This document shows, one piece after another, positions 57,659-64,000 of a stretch of DNA of 64,000 bases. This DNA is from Nemertoderma westbladi (Eukaryota > Animalia > Xenacoelomorpha). Positions within the stretch are counted from its first letter, which is position 1, and the number at the start of each line of letters is the position of its first letter. A program made the translations under genes and the position numbers. The stretch covers positions 18,617-82,616 of the forward strand of contig JAUCBJ010007475.1 of assembly GCA_032718475.1 (NCBI GenBank), in the 5' to 3' direction. Below the pieces are notes generated by a model. That model saw only the letters and a list, made by a program, of their open reading frames with translations. It searched no databases and was not told the origin of the DNA.

Positions 57659-59438
57659 GGGTTGTTCTCACAAAAAGTGGCCAAACTTTGATGTCAAAAT
57701 GTCCATGCATTCGCACGGTTATGTTTCCAAACGACACAGATTTAACCCCATGAACCTATATACCAATCGGAAGAGCGGAAATCTGCTCAGATTTCAGCAA
57801 ATTTTCAACAGATTCCATTCACAACCTAGAGAATGACACCATTTCAAATATCGAAAATGCATGTTTTTTGAAATGTCACATTGAATTATTTTGAAATATT
57901 TGGCTTCTGAGCTAAAGCAATGAAAGCAAAGGTTCCACATACCATACATCAAAATAAAGCAAATTTAATGCTCTTTCACATACTATTTATTGGTGGTTTT
58001 CAACCGAAGCTACTCACATTTTATATATTTACTTTTTACTAACAATTAATTACGCCGTCACTAGGATTTTGTCCACCATGTAACGCTCGTTTTCATGACA
58101 TGGTTTTTTTATATTTATTCACAACATCTCCAAGTGAGATATTTCTAAACGGCGATTTATTTAGCTATCAGCAGTTAAAAAAATTATAAGAATTCGTTCA
58201 TTAGAACTCGAGCGTTGTGCGAAAATGTAAATCTACATAAAATACCGTCATTAGGAATGTCCTCAATGTAACGCTACTTTGGATAGCGATAACTTTTGCT
58301 TTACTAATCATAACGACACCATTGCGGGCTCATATGAAAGAGCAATCGCAGATCTATCAAATCACATATTTGATTTTAATATAGTTTCAAAACAGACTAT
58401 AGTCAACGCCATGCTAATGAAAAATGTCTTCAATGTCCATCATGTAACGCATGTAACGCTGTCACAAGCAATAGCGTTTCACTTGAGACATGTCCACCAT
58501 GCAACGTAGTTGGGCCTGAACATACCTAGCAGTACGAGTGGCGTTTCTTTTTACAAATTAGGCAGTCAGGGTCAAATTAACAATAGTCGATGGTTTCTGG
58601 TTTTCAGTATTTAGTATAAACTACTGTAGTAGTAATATTATCTGTTGTAGTCTGTATTACTTAGTACTAACTACCTAAAGGGTTTAGGAAAAGCTCATGA
58701 GTTTGTATACCTTTCTTTATTTCGGTTCTAAAACAGTACATCTTAATCGTCATGTAATTACAATTGTCAAACGGAATTAAGCGTGTTGTGTCCGGTAAGA
58801 ACTTCTCGATTGAATTTAGTGATGGCGTTACACGTGAAGGATATAGAGATTAAGTTAGTGATGGGATGGCATTACACGTGAATGACTTAGAGATTAAGTT
58901 AGTGATGGCGTTACACGTGAAGGACTTAGAGATTAAGTTAGTGATGGCGTTACACGTGAAGGACTTAGAGATTAAGTTAGTGATGGCGTTACACGTGAAG
59001 GACTTAGTTACACGTTTTCAGCCATTGGGTCGATAAATAAATCCGCAAAAAACCCGTATAAATATAAAATAAATCCGTACATGACATTAAAGTGACTGTT
59101 GAATTTCTGGTATATATTTTAAATGTCAAATCCTGGATACTGATTGGCTAACAAGTAGCGTTACATTAGAGACAACGAGTTAGATTGTGGGCGTTTTGTG
59201 AAATGAAGGCTTCTGATTGGCTAACAAGTAGCGTTACACCAGGGACAAAATGTTACATTGTGGACATTAGTTTTTCGCGAATAAAACCTTACGACTTTAC
59301 TAAAAAAACGGCCCACTAGTGTATTCGAAATCGCCTCATCGAGAGCTCTCGAAATATGTATATATTTATATGGTTTTGACAAAAAAAAATTTGACAATTT
59401 CTTCTCAAAATTTTGGCCACTTTTTGTGAGAACAACCC
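57659..59438. mobile_element. Non-autonomous DNA transposon with 27-bp TIR and 4-bp AATT TSD (Sola-like)
   Basis: GGGTTGTTCTCACAAAAAGTGGCCAAA / TTTGGCCACTTTTTGTGAGAACAACCC with AATT on both sides; internal ~39-bp tandem repeat at ~58816-59010. Confidence 0.8.
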
Positions 59439-60194
59439 AATTGATCTTTGTCCATTTTTACAAAGTCCTCAGTACTGTATATGTATGTATGTATACTACT
59501 ATACCTTACCCGTTTTGTCAAGTACATATATTTATTTACCTTGCCCGTATTGGCAAGTACAAATATCTACCTCGCACGTATTGGCAAGTACATACTTATT
59601 TCCTTGCCCGTTTCGGCACGCACATATTGCCTTTTTGAAAAGGATAAATTTCTAATTTTTAAATACCGTACGCTACCGGTCCTACTACTGTAGTACTACG
59701 TCATTATTACTGGTATCCCCTCAGGACCATGGCGCAGGGCGGGTTTGGGATTGCTGTCATATTTTGGTATCATTAAATGCCTATACCTATATTTATGAGC
59801 AAGTAGAGAGCATGACATTGGTTAATTTAACACATTCTGACATTACTCTTTGAGACTATGTCACATGTCTCCCACTGGGTGTGGATGTCTTCCAAATGTG
59901 TGCAAAGGAATTGCCATAAAGGATGAAGGAATAATATTGTAAGGATACGGAGGGTGCGATTTCGCAAAAGACACTTTTTTTTAAAACGCTTATAAAAAAA
60001 ATTTAAAGGCAAAATCGAAAATTCCGGCTTCATGGGGTCATCGACGGTGAGTGGAACTAGTGGTGTTTCAAATTTCAAGCAATATGATGGGAAAAATCTG
60101 GGGGGGGGGGGGGTCCGTGTCATCAGAAAATGACACTATATTACGGGACATTGTGTATATGTATGTATGCACTGTATATGTATATTATGTATGT

Positions 60195-60600
60195 TAGACT
60201 GGTCCTATAATTTCAAGGTGCAGTTTTTTGTTGTCTTACCCCCTAAACCCGTTCCCTTTACCATAAAAATGACCCAGGCAAAATTTGGTTTAAAGTCATT
60301 AACATTAACCACTTGCACATGAACACTGAAGGTTTACAGTCTATCGCGCCCACCGCGGAATGCTATCAGTATTCCAAAACATGTGAAATGACTGTCCGGA
60401 ACAACATATTTTATCTAGAATCTTAAATGAATGCATCTTATTTCAGAACTAAACTTATTTAAATTATAGTGGAATCTCATTGTAGCAGATAATGCAGCTG
60501 GATTGGTAATTGGCAACTTGAAATTAAGCCATTGCTCCAAGGGGGTAAGACAACAAAAACTGCTCCTTGAAATTATAGCCTCCAGAAATCAACCAGTCTA
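60195..60600. mobile_element. MITE-like element with TAG termini (Academ-like)
   Basis: TAGACTGG..CTATAATTTCAAGG..TTTTTGTTGTCTTACCCCC / GGGGGTAAGACAACAAAAA..CCTTGAAATTATAG..CCAGTCTA; no clear TSD. Confidence 0.55.
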
Positions 60601-61995
60601 GCCTACCGTATTGGTATGGCACTGTAGCAGATAGCAGTACAGTGATGTAGGCCTACACACACACTACAGTCTAGCATACCGTCTGTTCGCGCTTTCAGAC
60701 CTTTGGCAGTTTAACCCGCCAAATTAAGATGTCTTCTAGATAATAAATCACTTTTAGTCTATGACAAGTATTTAATTCACTACACTAGTCGAAACCAATC
60801 TGTGCGCGATCATTCACCCGCTGGATATTCCCGGGAGATTGGGTTCGACGGTTTAATTTTATTGCTATGTAAGCCTAATGTATTATTCGACTGACAGTAT
60901 TATATAATCTCTGACAATATTATTCACCTTCGGGGAATATTAACAGTTCCTTTAGGACGTGGCGCTTTATCTATATAAACAGAGTTATGACTTAAACTAC
61001 TCACAACGATATGGCTTAATTATAATTCACATATATGGCGCATTCTTTAGGAATTGCTTCTTTAACAGACTCACTCATACACAATGCTGCACAATACTGC
61101 ACACTAATCTGCCAATCTTCACTGATTTTAGTCACATATAAAAGGAACACAGACTGACTCATGTAGGGTCTATCAAATAACATTAGATTCACTTCAAACC
61201 ACTTTAACATAAGTCACAATCTTTATTGGTAACCTTTCTCTCTTACCTTCGGTATATCAAGAATATTGGGTTTTCGGGGTTATTTCTCGTTATTCCAATA
61301 TAATAATTCATCAACCAATATAATGAATAACCGACAACAAATAGCAGTATACAGTATCGATTGAGCAGGTAATTTTAGCAGTTTCAGCAGTTATTAAAAG
61401 CCGTGTGTCAGCAGTCAGTGTATTCCCAGATCAGTGATTCCATGAGTTTGATCGGTATGTCAGTTAAAGGATATATGCCCTTATAATTAAACCTACTAGT
61501 GTAAGACTAAAAACTGAAAACACGGAGGTGCCAAAAGCCGGTTCTTAGGCTCTGGGCAAAAACATAACACTGAACTACTGAGTTTCTGTATATACCTCCA
61601 ACACAGAGACAACAAACGCTCTGATTGGTCAACCTGAACAACGAGAGAACAGAGAAACAAAGAAACGTCGACGTGGCAATATCAGCTGCTAGCCGTCGTC
61701 ATGGTAGCGACACTGTTTTCAAGAGTATCGAGCTTTTACGTCACGGAATTACGGATTATGTCCTCTAAAGTACAAATACAGAAGAAATAGCTTTTATGTC
61801 CGCTAAAACACCAGTACAGCAAGGACACGGCCTTTTTATGCCTGGTAAACCAACTACAGAGTACTTTACGGGAAAAATAAGGAAAAATAACCGGACAATT
61901 CAGTAAAAGCTTTTACACCGCTCCCAGAAAATGGGATTTTCAGTCTATAAAATATAAAAATCACAGTTTCTAAAACATAAAGATACTCTGAACAG

Positions 61996-63305
61996 TTAGT
62001 CTTTCTTACGCAGACGGCGTTTACGCAGTTTTTTGAGGCTAGCAAGAGTCCTTTTCTCTTTGGGGGGAGCCACTTTACTAGGAGGGCCATAACTCCTGGG
62101 TGAAGGGTGCAATATGATTGCATTAAAAGGTTTGGGTTTACGGTCGGTGTCTCGTCCATTTCGATATGCTTCTCCTCGAGCTGATTTTCCTCCGCTTGTC
62201 ATGGGATACGTTCGTCCAAAACTCTCGCAGAGAATAGGGTTTTCTAAGCTTGATATCTTCTTTGAGATTCGAGGTTTCCCAATCGAACTGAGATAAGGCC
62301 AATTCGTTTATCGATTGGACTTACTGTTATAACTTACGTTTATCTGAACAAACGCAGGTTTCTTTTTTGATCTTTATAGAATAGCGTTTAACTCGTTTCG
62401 TACAACGCTCTCCTTCACCTTGATGAAGGGTTGTATCGCGTTAAACGGGACGACCATACGGTTGGATAGTGATATTAGGTGTCTGCGTCATAACCCAGCT
62501 AGGTAAGATGGGCGGCTAGCTAGAAATCACTGTCGGAGTGTTACCGATTAATTGTTAGGGTAGCACTAGATCTTGAACAGTGAATACAGTCCGCGAGGAT
62601 CCGCGACACCACCAGGATCGCAGGTCTGAGGTCCAACTAAGGAATGAGGAGGTTTGACCGAGGATTCCGGGACTCTGATCGTAGGTTTACTCCAGGATCG
62701 TTTGAGCCGAGTGAGCATAGGTGATACGTCAAACAAGTTTCGCTCGAAACTCCAGTAAATATAACGAGCACAATTGTGTTTAACACAACGTTTCCGTGGA
62801 TGTTTATGTCTTTCCGTTTATTAGTTGGGTCTAGGGCATTTATCATAATAATACTAAAGACGCACGTCTGGTAGGGGAAACGCGGATGATATTTATTTGT
62901 TGTTACAATGCTTCTATCAAGAATTCCAAATATATGTTGGAGTTACCGCGTTTATTTGTTTCTTTAATGTCTTTTCTTTCGAGCCGATTTCGAATAGAAT
63001 TTTCGCATTCGAATTTCAGTTTATGGTTCCGACTCCGCTGGGCAGGATATATAGTCGACATAGTCCGTATTGTGTAAATTGATAGAATGACCAGTAGTTA
63101 AGAAGCCCATATACGTACCATTACGCTGCGTATATCGAGCGGTGAATTTCTTATAGTCCAACTCACGCGTGAGCTGCTCTTGGGACATTGGCGGTTCGAT
63201 ATAACGACCATCATCCTTCGTAGTAGTTGGACTAGTATCACCGCGTATCAAGCTATCAACAAACGTTTGAAAGTAGAATATATCGTTCCCCGATACCAAG
63301 ACCAT
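61996..63305 (-). pseudogene. Degraded coding region, possibly an SGNH/GDSL-hydrolase-like accessory ORF of an old LTR element
   Basis: Fragments VLVSGNDI, YLEFLIEAL*QQINIIRVSPTRR, RKDINIHGN..NTIV/ARYIY and a basic terminus KKLRKRRLRKKD*, spread over several frames. Confidence 0.3.
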
Positions 63306-64000
63306 CTTCTATCAACTCCGTCATATCTGCTATATATGAGTTTATCCATATTATAATGAGTTTATATTTAGGCGAGCGGGCGTCGCTGCCTACCCCAATC
63401 AACCCCCGGACAGTACGAGATCCTCAGCGCCGATGTGTCGTCGCCGCTGTACTTTCGCCAACGACGTAGCCGCACAACGACAACGACAACCGGCACAAGT
63501 CACTCGACTGTCCGTCCCAAAGGCTTAGATGTACTTCAGGTTTTCCTTGGAGAGTTAGGTTACTTTTACGATTGCGACTAGCTACTGTAAACACACCTTA
63601 GCAGTAACATTCACCTATAAACTCACAAATACCACACACACAACTTGTCACAAATTACACACATTCGGGCCATTTGTCCGTTAGTCAATGCCTTCCAGAA
63701 TGTCACTGTATTATTATGTATCCTTGGATACTAGTAGTGCGCTATTTATTCCCTATGCTATTCAATGGGACAAGCTTTCTATTGTTCTTTTAACTCAATT
63801 CTAATTCTAGCGTGGTTGTTGCTATGGTGACATTATGCAAAGCTAGCGGTAGAATTAGAGTAATTCCAATGCATACAGATCTGGGATGTTATTTAATAGT
63901 ATTCTTTAATAGTCAATGTTCTGTTTTATACATGACTTTATGAATTTTATCGGCTATTGACTATGTTTGGGAGACTTTCACACACTCATACGCATGATAA

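Overview
Repeat-rich, intron-poor animal (invertebrate-like) genomic DNA. Host genes: an intact single-exon DNA topoisomerase II (45777-50711) and a two-exon protein O-glucosyltransferase 1/Rumi (53637-55502). A ~7.4 kb segmental duplication (1342-8742 vs 34050-46939) created a truncated TOP2 copy. That copy contains two fold-back inversions and is fused to an intronless YTHDC1-like YTH-domain ORF; a 3.9 kb composite satellite follows. The centre holds a young full-length BEL/Pao LTR retrotransposon (18997-32230, TSD ATCTT) nested in an internally deleted Copia (GalEa-like) element (18408-33639, TSD AGTAG). The BEL element is the most unusual object. It has no tRNA PBS next to the LTR, but has a 13-nt perfect complement to its own LTR at the PBS position (Tf1-like self-priming signature). 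It also carries an intact 866-aa extra ORF with a DEDDy 3'-5' exonuclease domain plus CCHC knuckles in the env position, a small upstream ORF overlapping gag by ATGA, and three UUCG/K-turn-like hairpin repeats per LTR. The rest is LINE fragments, a solo LTR, MITEs and nested CAGT-ended DNA elements with 5-bp TSDs. All calls were made by eye; no database searches were run.
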